Assembly (NCBI GenBank): GCA_951406725.2
Contig: OX597825.1
Coordinates: 83,080,001-83,144,000, forward strand
Length of the DNA stretch: 64,000 bases
From: Octopus vulgaris
Lineage: Eukaryota
Reading direction: 5' to 3'
Of this stretch, positions 27,006 to 38,585 are shown in pieces (within the stretch, counting starts at the first letter, position 1; every line of letters begins with the position of its first letter). Below the pieces are notes generated by a model, which was given only the letters and a program-made list of their open reading frames with translations, searched no databases and was not told the origin of the DNA. A program made the position numbers and the translations under genes.

Positions 27006-27760
27006 AGGCGGTGAGCTGGCAAAAACGTTAGCACGCCGGGTGAAATGCGTAGCCGTATTTTGTCTGCCGTTACGTTCTGAGTTCAAATTCCGCCGAGGTC
27101 GACTTTACTTTCGAGATCGATAAGTAAGTACCAGTTACGCACTGGTTTCGATATAATCGACTTAATACGTTTGTCGATCCTTGTTTGTTCCCTCTGTGTG
27201 TAGCCCCTTGTGGGGAGTAAATAAATAGGTGTTTTGTCTGCCGTTACGTTCTGGGTTCAAATTCCGCCGAGGTTGACTTTGCCTGTCATCCTTTCGGGAA
27301 CGATAAAATAGGAACCAGTTACGCAGTGGGGTCGATATAATCGACTTAATCCGTTTGTCGGTCCTTGTTTGTTCCCTCTGTGTGTAGCCCCTTCTGGGTT
27401 GTAAAGAAATAGGTATTTGGTCTGTCATCACGTTCTGAGTTCAAATTCCGCCGAGGTCGACTTTGCCTTTCATCCTTTCGGGAACGATAAATTAAGTACC
27501 AGTTCCGTACAGGGGTCGATCTAATTGACTGACCACCCCACCAAAAAAATTTCGGGCCTTGTGCCTAGAATAGAAAAAATATTTATATCTTTTGAGGCGG
27601 CGAGCTGGCAGAATCGTTAGCACGCCGGGTGAAATGCGTAGCGGTATTTCGTCTGTCGCCACGTTGTGAGCTCAAATTCCGCCGAGGTTGACTCTGCCTT
27701 TTATCCTTTCGGGGTAGATAAATTAAGTACCAGGGAAACACTGGTGTCTATAGTAGAAAG
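27006..27760 (+). mobile_element. SINE family A: trimeric-body copy (27006-27580) plus adjacent copy (27595-27760)
   Basis: Body units start at 27055, 27229 and 27413. Confidence 0.9.
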
Positions 27761-27769
27761 GATTATATG

Positions 27770-28155
27770 GTAGTGAAACATGGAGACTGAGAAAGAAATT
27801 ATGAAACAGGCTAAATGGATGCTACACACGGATGCTCTGAATGATCCCAAAAGTGAAATGGCCGTCACATATGACGAATGGATGCCTTATTTAGAGACCT
27901 GTGAGAAAATCAAACAAGGACGGCTGCGGCTATCTGGTTACTGCGTGTGCCAACCTGAAGTGAAACCATCCAAGTTAGTTTTGAGGGACTAAGTACATGG
28001 TGATGTAAGAAAGATGTCATCACGCTTAAATCGACAATTTGATTGCAGAAGCTGGCCTGGAAATGTATCCAGGATCTCGAGGCAGTGACGATGGACCGAG
28101 AAATATGACAGGTGGATTGTGCTGCTGCGATCCGGGTTGGAAACCGGCCAAAATA
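27770..28155 (+). pseudogene. Decayed RTE-like LINE 3' fragment
   Basis: EKIKQGRLRLSGYCVCQPEVKPSKLVL resembles the RTE RRLRxAGHCxR motif. Several disruptions follow. Confidence 0.6.
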
Positions 28156-29629
28156 ATAAATAAGTGTATCCCTTTATTTTCTCTGTTCAGCTGATAATAT
28201 ATATTTCTTTACTACCCACAAGGGGCTAAACACAGAGGGGACAAACAAGGACAGACAAAGGGATTAAATCGATTACATTGACCCCAGTGCGCAACTGGTA
28301 CTTAATTTATCGACCCCGAAAGGATGAAAGGCAAAGCTGATAATATAGGCTGTCGATTCATTGGTGACCTCAGAGATATTCGTCCATCGGTCTGTGTCAG
28401 AAACCGAAAGATGAAATAAGAGTGACGGAGATTGCCAGAGTTTGCAAACCAGGAGACATAACACTTCCCAGTATTTAGTTACGTCACGTTTGGTTCTGAG
28501 CCTGAATTCCATTGGGACCGATATTGCCTCTTATTCTCTGAGGACCGCTCAAGTACTGAGTCGAGAATCCAATAAATAACACAACATTGGAATCGGTGGT
28601 ATTGTGTGTTGGTGAGAAATATTTATTGCATTTGCAGAAAATATAAATGAATACTGTTTGAGCATCTCCTGTATTTGTTTAAACAATGGTATCTGAGAGA
28701 ATCCAGATCTATTGAGTTCCTTTCTTTTAACCACACACACACACACACACACGGTCAAAGAATGGGAGAAAGAGATAGACAGAGACATAGAAACAGACGG
28801 ACAGGGAGAGTGAGAGAAAACGGGAGAGAAAGAGAATAACTGCGTTCAATAAGTTGCTGATCTAAGCCAGAAGCTTATAGACATTGCAGTATCAACCAAC
28901 GGATGATCTAGCGAGCTATCAGCTCATCACTTACAAACTCATTATCATTAGTCGAACGGTATTGTAGCAAAATCATTAAAATTCTTATAGAACAGAAACG
29001 AGAATGATTTAGTAAATTCCTGCGAGTCTCTAAGCAAATATCTTACAAAAGAATGTAGTTTATGTTTGAACTGACTAATACTAATAAATGTTGCCGGTAT
29101 TATCAATCACTTGTATTTCCTATAAAATGACATCAGAGCGTATGTAGATCTAAGATCAAAGAACTCGCAATTGTATTTAGAGTTCTTTAGCCTTCTGTTA
29201 GAAGTGATATAAATGCACATAAATATATTTTTAAAAACGTGGTGCGGTTTGAAATGTTTCTTTAGCATATCGCACTGATTTCAAACAATTGACTTGGTAG
29301 CAATATGAGATTATTCCTAGTCTAACAGGAAAATAACAAAGAAATTCAGAAGCTTTTAAACAGTAAAAACTCGATTATATATTTATTGGCGTCGTAAATT
29401 TAGAATTGTTCAGATATTAAATCATTCATCAGCTTAGAAAACAATAGGTAATATATTGTTAATAAAATCTGAGTAGAAACAAATATACAGGAGTAAAATA
29501 TAGGCTATTAGTCAAGAAGAGTGAGACGCTGCTGTGGATGCTAGATTAACAGCGAAACCTGTCGAATCTGTTTCACGTAGTTACCGTAAAACTCAAAGTA
29601 ATGTTACTGAAATCGATATGGGGTTTGTC

Positions 29630-30770
29630 GAAGATGGTGAGCTGGAAGAATTGTTATGACGCCAGCGGCAATTGTTAGCGGCACTTGGCGGCCTGTCTTT
29701 GTATTCTCATTTCATATTTCACTGAGGTAGATTCGGGGTCGTTAAAATAAGTACCAGTTAAGTACTGGATTCGATCGAATCGACTTACACCATACCCCAA
29801 ATTGCTGGCCTTGTAACAAAATTTGAAAGCTATGTAGAATTCATGGCGGTTAACTGGCAGAATATCTAGGACGCCTGATAAATTGCTTAGTGGCATTTCG
29901 TCCGTCTTTGTTCTGGATTCAAATGCCGCTGAGGTCGACTCTCACTTTTATCCTTCATTATTTCGGTGTCAATGAAATAAGTTGAGCTCAGGGATCAATG
30001 TAATCGACTAACTCCACCCACAAGGTTTTGGTCAGGCTGGGGCCATAGTAGAAGGCACTTACTCAAAGTGTCACGCAATGGGACTGAACCCAGAACCATG
30101 GGAAGAATAATGGCTTTAAATTTTGTCACAAAGACAGCAATTTTGGGGAACACTATAATAAGTGCTCCTTATTTTATCGACCCCAAAAGAATGAATGGCA
30201 GAGTCAACCTTGGCTGAATTGGAAGTCAAAACGTCAAGACGGACAGGATGGCGCTGAGTATTTTGCCCCATATGCTAACGATTTGGCCAACTCGCCGCCT
30301 TAGAATCCTTTCTACATTAGGCCCAAGGCCTGAAATCTTGGGGAGAGTTAAGTCGATTACATCGACCCCAGTACTCAACTGATAATTAATTAATCGACCC
30401 TGAAAGGATGAAAGGCAAAGTCGACAGCGGCTGAATTTGAACTCAGAACGTAACAGCAGACGAAATACCGCTAAGCATTTCGCCCAGCGTGCTAACAATT
30501 CTGCCAGCTCGCAGCCTTGCCGCCTTATAATGGAAAACAATATAAGTTGGTATTTGAAACGGCAAACTGGCAGAATAATTACCACTCCTGTTAAAAATGA
30601 TTAGTAGAATTTCTTTCGGTTTCGCGCTCAAAATTCAAAAGCCACCGAGGTTAAATTTATCTTTTATCCTTTCAGAGTCGATGAAATAAAAACCAAGCGA
30701 AGTACTGGGGTCAGTGTAAGCGACTGGCCCCGTCCAGTCCAAGCCTTGTGACTATGATCGAAATGATATT
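29630..30770. mobile_element. Cluster of about 5 SINE-A copies in both orientations
   Basis: Approximate copies at 29630-29830 (+), 29845-30020 (+), 30170-30300 (-), 30305-30525 (-) and 30555-30765 (+). Other SINE-A pieces at about 5215-5375, 6645-6832, 7268-7375, 9019-9190, 22545-22768, 28203-28337, 31378-31515, 51440-51587 and 61432-61610. Confidence 0.8.
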
Positions 30771-30972
30771 AATAAAATATTTTCTCCCAATATATTTCAC
30801 TTTCCAGTTAGATATTTTTTTCTAATGCTCCATGCATGAAATATGATGGTACTAACTTAGGTAAATGTATCAGATATGACTCTTGGAATAAAAAAACAAA
30901 GGTTAAAATAACAACCACAACTACAAAGCCAGCAATAATCATAGAAGAAATCAACATTGCCATTGTTACAAC

Positions 30973-31337
30973 AACAAGAGTACTCAGAGAGCGCAAACCG
31001 CCGGCAAGGTAACACCAATGTCCTCTCAACAATTAGTCAGAGATGATTTTTAAAATGAGAATATCTGAAATAAACTCGACTGCTATCGCAAACAAGAATA
31101 CTAAAAATGAATCCGACCGCTCTCAAAATTTAAATAAAAAACCGAAAGCATAATCTAGAATCCTTGGCTGGTACCGGATTGATGCCAAAATCTAATCCGT
31201 TCGTGCCAGTTATGAAGTCAAACATCCCTGAAAGTTTCATCCGAATCCATCCAGCGGTTCTTGAGATATCTTGTCCACGGACAAACAAACAAAGAAACAA
31301 ACGCAACAGACAAAAATACCTCCGCCTTCGAGGTAAT
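30973..31337 (+). mobile_element. Helentron-associated (HINE-like) element, copy 2
   Basis: Colinear with 12710-13090. The 3' hairpin is partly deleted. Confidence 0.65.
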
Positions 31338-33063
31338 AATAACGTAGTAATTTATTTTAGGCAACATCAAATAAAAGTAGGTGGAGAGCTGGTGGAATCA
31401 TTAGCACCCAGGGGTCGATTATACCTTTAAATAAGTACCTGCTGAACATTGGAGTCGATATAATCCATATATACTATCCTCGAAATGGCTGCCCTTGTGC
31501 CAAAGTTTGAAACCAATATCAAACGAAAACAAAAATTAGATTTAAATGGAAAGAGCACAGCAGTTGCAGTTTAAAAGTGCATAAAGCTTTCTAGAATATG
31601 TTTTCTAACTCACATCGGTGGATGGTTGAATGTCACATAAGCAATTTTAGAAGGCAATTTACACGTTGGTTTGTAAAATCAGATGAATGAGAGATTAGTG
31701 ACATTGTGGAATATGAGAGCATCAAGTGTAATAAATCAGTTAACCGGACAGGAATAAAATCGGTTTAGATTTGCAACAAGCTGAAGTTAAACTGGCTGCT
31801 AACACAGCCATTAATCAACCAGCGAAAAGACCATGTTGATATGCCGTTATATAGCGAATTATTTCAGAGAGGGATTGTTATAAGCCTCGACGATACATAA
31901 TAAAGAGGCGTTGAATTAATAGAGGAGGGTGAGAGATATTGGAGAAAATGTGGTACGGCATTTTAGTTTATACCCGTGGAGGTCAGAGTTCAATTCTCGC
32001 TTTACATTTTGGTTATAAAATATACGCGCTAGTAAATATTTTACAATAATTGACTTAGGAGTTGATACATAACCGAACGTGTGGACATTTAGCCGCTTGA
32101 ATGTAGTGAGGCTTGATATAATCTTTACCAGCAGACACTAAGCCAAAAGTCTATTAAAATTATTCCACACCTTAAGTCTAATGTTTCGCATGCAAGCATG
32201 ATCATCAGCGGACGGGAAAAAAGAATTGTTATGTATGCTACCGCCAAATATAACACTGCGGATTCGTGTAAAATTTTCTATAACAGATTAAATGAATTAT
32301 CATTAATCTATGAACTGTTAATTCAAAAATTAGGGTTGAACGAACAAATAGCCGAACGTAGAGTGTATTTGCAAATCTTATATAAATAATAGCTGCATAT
32401 TAACATTTCGTCTACTAATACATGCATGCATATACATATATGGATATGTGTGTGCATGTGCGTGTGCATGTATATGTATTCACACACAAACACATTCACA
32501 CACACATACATACTGACAAACATGCAGAGGAATTTATTCATACACTCAGCCTTCAAATCCCCCTTTATTTCACAATATCCCTTCCCCCCACTCTCGACTT
32601 TTCTTCCTCATACAGTTCCCCTTTCTATTCAATTTTTTTTACTCTGTTCCTCCTACCACTTCTTGTTCACGTAAGAATCTAAAGCGTTTCTGTTTCCTTT
32701 AACAGTTGCAGCCATTGTTTTCAACCCATAAAACGCTGGGATCTGCACTTTCATAGCATGGACTGCTGAGCACATTTTATGAAAATGAGACAACCATACA
32801 CACATAAAAAAACAAAATATAGTTAAAATATCTTCTTAGTATATAATGGTGGCAAGTTTTACAACATCTGAAAAGTCATTAGTTGAACAATTAGTCTTCC
32901 TACATTCTGGAGGGGAGATCGGAGCGTTTGTGTGACAATAGACCCCAACAAACGCCCATAAATTAAATGCATCTATCTGGGTCACGATCGTGGCCCGTCG
33001 CGCTTTGTGTTAATTTAAGGACGTAAAACTCTGTTGTCTCTCATTAATTTCTCTCCTTTAAAA

Positions 33064-33096
33064 TTTTCCCTGAAGAAGTACTTTATACGAAATGTT
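33064..33096 (+). ncRNA. Truncated hammerhead-like motif abutting (TA)n
   Basis: CTGAAGA-A-GTA(CTTTA)TAC-GAAA-TG-TT followed directly by (AT)n. The 3' strand of helix I is absent. Confidence 0.5.
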
Positions 33097-33282
33097 ATAT
33101 ATATATATATATATATATATATCCATCATCTGTTTGTCTATCTATCTATCTAGATGTATTTACTTTTCATTCCCTTCGAAATTGCTCTTAACTGTGGTTT
33201 GGACTTTTTGACTGTTCTTTCTGGTATGTTAGGCAACCTGTTTAAGGTCTTGCCTCTTTGTGTTTAAATGAACACTAATTTT

Positions 33283-33375
<93 letters not shown>

Positions 33376-33401
33376 TTATTTAGTTATCATCTATCTATCT
33401 G

Positions 33402-33456
<55 letters not shown>

Positions 33457-33469
33457 GTCTGTCTCTCTG

Positions 33470-33527
<58 letters not shown>

Positions 33528-33555
33528 AATCTATCCATCATCTATCTATCTATCA

Positions 33556-33610
<55 letters not shown>

Positions 33611-33611
33611 A

Positions 33612-33678
<67 letters not shown>

Positions 33679-33725
33679 AATCTATCCATCATCTATCTAT
33701 CTATCAATCTATCTATCTATCTGTC
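33283..33725. repeat. (TCTA)n tetranucleotide microsatellite
   Basis: Direct reading. Similar tracts at 11805-12020, 19862-20080 and 50100-50435. Confidence 0.98.
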
Positions 33726-34229
33726 TACATATATTTAAGAGTGTGTGAGAGACACAGAGATTTACTAACATAACCAACCATAATTTGTCCGCCTTTTGTT
33801 TATATTATCATATATATGTTTATTTAAAACAAAAAAGCCGTTTATGTATTCGTGCAGAAAGGAAGAACATGTGTTTGGGAACACGACTAACAACTTAACA
33901 ACTGCGATTCTCTTCTATCTAGAACTACTTCCATCTTTTATTTCTGGACACACCACAGCTCTCTTTCACATATGTATTCCGGTTTGTATTCGTGTTCGTA
34001 TTTTATATTCCGTCGTTCTAACAGTCTTCTGTTTGCTTTTAGCGATTTAATATTGTTTTACTTTGTCTTACTTTCTTTTGATTTTAAACGGAAAATCATG
34101 TAAGCCATATTTATTTTAAGAGTTGCTCGCTGTCCAAAGTCTTCTTGCAGCCTTTAAATCCCTCATAAATCATATTTGCTCGCTAAATACATATTTCCGT
34201 TGGCTGCTGATAGTGTGAAAGCGTGCGAG

Positions 34230-34279
<50 letters not shown>

Positions 34280-34332
34280 TGTGTATATATACTTGTGCGT
34301 GTCTGAGTTGGGCAAATGTGTTTTGCGTGTAA

Positions 34333-34392
<60 letters not shown>

Positions 34393-34839
34393 TGTGTGTG
34401 TGTGTGTGTATGTGTGTTGTGTGCGCATGCGTGTAGCACATTCTTCTGCGGCTGTTATTTTAATTTTTATATTTTCCAGCGTTTCAAAAAAAAAAAAAAA
34501 ATTTGTTCATTTGATATTTTTTGCATGTATTATTTTTATTATTTTGTAAGTTTTGTTTGCCAAGTGTTATAAATACATATTCACATACATATATACGTAC
34601 GTACACACACATAGATAGAAAAATAGATACATACATACATACATACATACATACCTACATACATACATATATGTATACATACATAGACAACACACACACA
34701 CGTGTATGTATATATGTATATATATGTACATATATATATATACATATATATATATATATTTGTATATGTATGTATATATGAAATATTGCATGTTGCGTAT
34801 ATATATTGGTTTTAGACAAAATAGAGTTCGATCTAATAA

Positions 34840-34873
<34 letters not shown>

Positions 34874-34939
34874 GACATACTCCAACCAAACACAGAATGC
34901 GAATGGTGTATATATATGCACATATACATACATATCTAA

Positions 34940-34983
<44 letters not shown>

Positions 34984-35002
34984 ATATATATATATATCTA
35001 TG

Positions 35003-35080
<78 letters not shown>

Positions 35081-35454
35081 AAGACAGGTAACACTATAAA
35101 TAAATCAACGTTCATATGTGTTTGTTATAAATGTCGCTGCGTATGTGTGTGTGAGTGTGTGTGTGTTTGCGTGTGTGTGAAAAGGAGAGGAATTATATGT
35201 GGGAGTAAACGTCTTGTTATGTATGCCTCTTCGGTTTTGTCTGCAAAATGCTTCAACAAATATAGGCAAGTTTACAACGAGTTGAAGCTCTGCAAATGCA
35301 TAAATAGACAAACATGTGTTTAAGGATGCACTCGAATGTACGGGTTGGCACAACAAGAAGGAAACCTGACCGGGACTACAAACAATAACTCTCTTCAATA
35401 CACACCCAAACGTGAGCACACATACGAACAATCACATCTTTATACATAAATATA

Positions 35455-35489
<35 letters not shown>

Positions 35490-35504
35490 ACATATATATA
35501 TACT

Positions 35505-35535
<31 letters not shown>

Positions 35536-35807
35536 ACATACACATATCTATACATATATGCACATGCATGTGTATTTACACAAATGCATACATAAACATA
35601 TACACAAACACACGCACGCTCAAACAGACGCACACATAAGCACAAACACACATACATATAATTCACATATGTATGGCGTTGCATAGGTAAGTAATCTCAT
35701 ATACACACACTCACACACAGACATACGTAAGTACAGAAATATATATATATATATACGTATATAGATGTATATATATACATATGCATGTATATATTGATAT
35801 GTGTAAA

Positions 35808-35854
<47 letters not shown>

Positions 35855-35936
35855 GTATACATATTTATATATATATGCACATACATATCTATATATATAT
35901 ATATATATATATACATACGTATTTATGTCTATATTT

Positions 35937-35981
<45 letters not shown>

Positions 35982-36292
35982 TACATACATGTACGTACAT
36001 ATATATATATATATATATTAACGCACGCGTGTGGTTATAAATATATGATTGCTTCTACAAGATAGAGTTGAGTGGGTGATGAAGTTGAGTTTTGAGTTTC
36101 CTTATTGCTGTGATTACATTTCATAATTATCATGTGGATAACATAATGCACTGCGTAAGTATATTAAGTACGTCGGTGTTCCTATTGACCTTTGTGTGTG
36201 AATGCTAATATATATATATATATACATGTGTATATATGCATATACATATATGTGTATTTATGTTTATGCATATATGTGTATGTATGCATATG

Positions 36293-36327
<35 letters not shown>

Positions 36328-36412
36328 GCATATATCTGTGTATATATATATATATTTTTATATATATATGTATATATCTGTATATATATATATATATGTA
36401 TATGTATATCTT

Positions 36413-36449
<37 letters not shown>

Positions 36450-36525
36450 ATGTATCTGTATGTATATGTATATATATATACGTATATATATATATATATA
36501 TATGGATATATAATTATATATACAC

Positions 36526-37408
36526 TTCAGTGCACTGCAAGATAGGGTCGCTCCTCGAAAAATATGGTACAATCACAGGAAACCCAATGAAGATAAGTGA
36601 AATACTAAATGAACAATTCAAAGGTATTTTCTCTCCACCTGTGGGACATTTGCAGGACAACAATCCAAGTGACTTTTTTACCACTGCAGATATAAAAACA
36701 GGCAGTGATGATCGATTTCATCAATATAAAGAAGACGATGTAATAAGGGCTATAGATGAAATCAACTTAAACTCATCTACTGGCCCTAATGGATACCCCG
36801 CAATCCTTCTAAACGTATGTAAGCGAGTCCTAGCAAGACCACTGCAGTCCCTCTTTCAGAGCATTCTTGCAACAGGCAAACTTCCAAGAAAACTGATGAA
36901 GGGTAAAATATGCCCTATTCATAAAGGAGGTAGAAGGGTGAAGGCCAAGAACTACAGACCTGTCTCTCTGATCTCACACGTTAGCAAGGTCATGGAACGA
37001 ATATTCAAAAGAAATATAATCGCCTTCCTTGAAGAAAAGGACTTGCTGCCTAACACCCAACATGGTTTCCGATCAGGATGAAGCTGTTTGATTCACCTCT
37101 TACAACACTATGTCTGGGTGCTGAAACAGCTGCTCCACCACTCAAATGTGGAAGTGATATATCTCGACTTTGTAAAGGCCTTTGATATGTCGCAAACTGC
37201 GTGATCTCGGCATAGTTGGAAAATTGGGAGATGGCTTCATGACTTTCTGAAGGATAGAAGTCAGGTGGTAGTAGCCAATGGAGCCACTCCCATTAACATG
37301 CAAATAGGGAGCGGTGTTCCGTAAGGCACTGTTTTGGGACCACTATTGTCCATAATGGCTCTCTCAGACATGCCCTCAGCCACACAGACAGCCACGATCA
37401 CAAGTTAT
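36526..37408 (+). pseudogene. CR1-group non-LTR retrotransposon reverse transcriptase fragment
   Basis: Motifs STGPNG, PIHKGG...[37 protein letters not shown] and SGVP*GTVLGPLL. Has in-frame stops and is truncated just before YADD. Confidence 0.92.
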
Positions 37409-37427
37409 ATTTGTATATATACATATA

Positions 37428-37480
<53 letters not shown>

Positions 37481-37642
37481 TTATCGCCATACTAATATGG
37501 CATTCTTATAAAAATAAGAATAAAGCTGTCCGCTTATTAGCTCCATGAGGCCATCGCCTTAAGTTAGCTATTTGATACACAAACTGTATCCATATAACCT
37601 TTGAACAAGGGAGGTCAGTCGCTCCACACTACTTGGCCGGCA

Positions 37643-37684
37643 ACTACAGACGCGTTTCGGGGTATTGCCCCTTTTCAATGCAGC
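37643..37684 (-). ncRNA. Minimal type-I hammerhead ribozyme, tandem copy 1
   Basis: Same motif. One change turns the distal helix I G-C into G-U. Confidence 0.8.
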
Positions 37685-38005
37685 GTAGCCAGACCAGTAG
37701 GTGTCGCTTCTGACAATATCTTTTCAAAGGTTTTATTTACCTAGCCTCGGTGGAATACATCCACTTGTTTTCAATAATAGAAATATTAAAATTACTAAGT
37801 CCCTGTAAAAGAGAACAACGGCAGCGTTCCCGGAAAATATTAGTTATCGCCATACTAATATGGCATTCTTATAAAAATAAGAATAAAGCTGTCCGCTTAT
37901 TAGCTCCATGAGGCCTTCGCCTTAAGTTAGCTATTTGATACACAAACTGTATCCATATAACCTTTGAACAAGGGAGGTCAGTCGCTCCACACTACTTGGC
38001 CGGCA

Positions 38006-38047
38006 GCTACAGACGCGTTTCGGGGTATTGCCCCTTTTCAATGCAGC
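38006..38047 (-). ncRNA. Minimal type-I hammerhead ribozyme, tandem copy 2
   Basis: Exact reverse complement of 38280-38321. Confidence 0.85.
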
Positions 38048-38279
38048 GTAGCCAGACCAGTAGGTGTCGCTTCTGACAATCTCTGTTCAAAGGTTTTATT
38101 TACCTAGCTTCGGTGGAATACATCCACTTGTTTTCAATAATAGAAATATTAAAATTACTAAGTCTCTCTAAAAGAGAACAACGGCAGCGTTCCCGGAAAA
38201 TATTAGTTATCGCCATACTAATATGGCATTCTTATAAAAATAAGAATAAAGCTGTCCGCTTATTAGCTCCATGAAATAC

Positions 38280-38321
38280 GCTGCATTGAAAAGGGGCAAT
38301 ACCCCGAAACGCGTCTGTAGC
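38280..38321 (+). ncRNA. Minimal type-I hammerhead ribozyme (U3-A8 core variant)
   Basis: GCTGCA-TTGAAAA-GGGG(CAATA)CCCC-GAAA-CGCG-TC-TGTAGC. Helix I is 6 bp (one G-U), helix II is 4 bp, helix III is the palindrome ACGCGT. Predicted cleavage after C38315. Confidence 0.85.
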
Positions 38322-38547
38322 TGCCGGCCAAGTAGTGTGGAGCGACTGACCTCCCTTGTTCAAAGGTTATATGGATACAGTTTGTGTATCAAATAGCTAA
38401 CTTAAGGCGATGGCCTCATGGAGCTAATAAGCGGACAGCTTTATTCTTATTTTTATAAGAATGCCATATTAGTATGGCGATAACTAATATTTTCCGGGAA
38501 CGCTGCCGTTGTTCTCTTTTAGAGAGACTTAGTAATTTTAATATTTC

Positions 38548-38585
<38 letters not shown>

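Larger units (their letters stand above)
37473..38550. mobile_element. Penelope-like pseudo-LTR / retrozyme-like array: 2.2 tandem 363-bp units plus a 274-bp inverted copy, inserted in (TA)n
   Basis: Unit start TTATCGCCATACTAATATGG recurs at 37481, 37844 and 38207 (period 363). 38277-38550 is the reverse complement of the 37777-38050 equivalent. TA-rich microsatellite on both sides. Each full unit carries a hammerhead motif. Confidence 0.85.

Noticed and set aside
37481-38274. CRISPR array or LTR pair
   Set aside because: Units are contiguous 363-bp near-identical repeats with no unique spacers, no TG...CA ends and no PBS/PPT.
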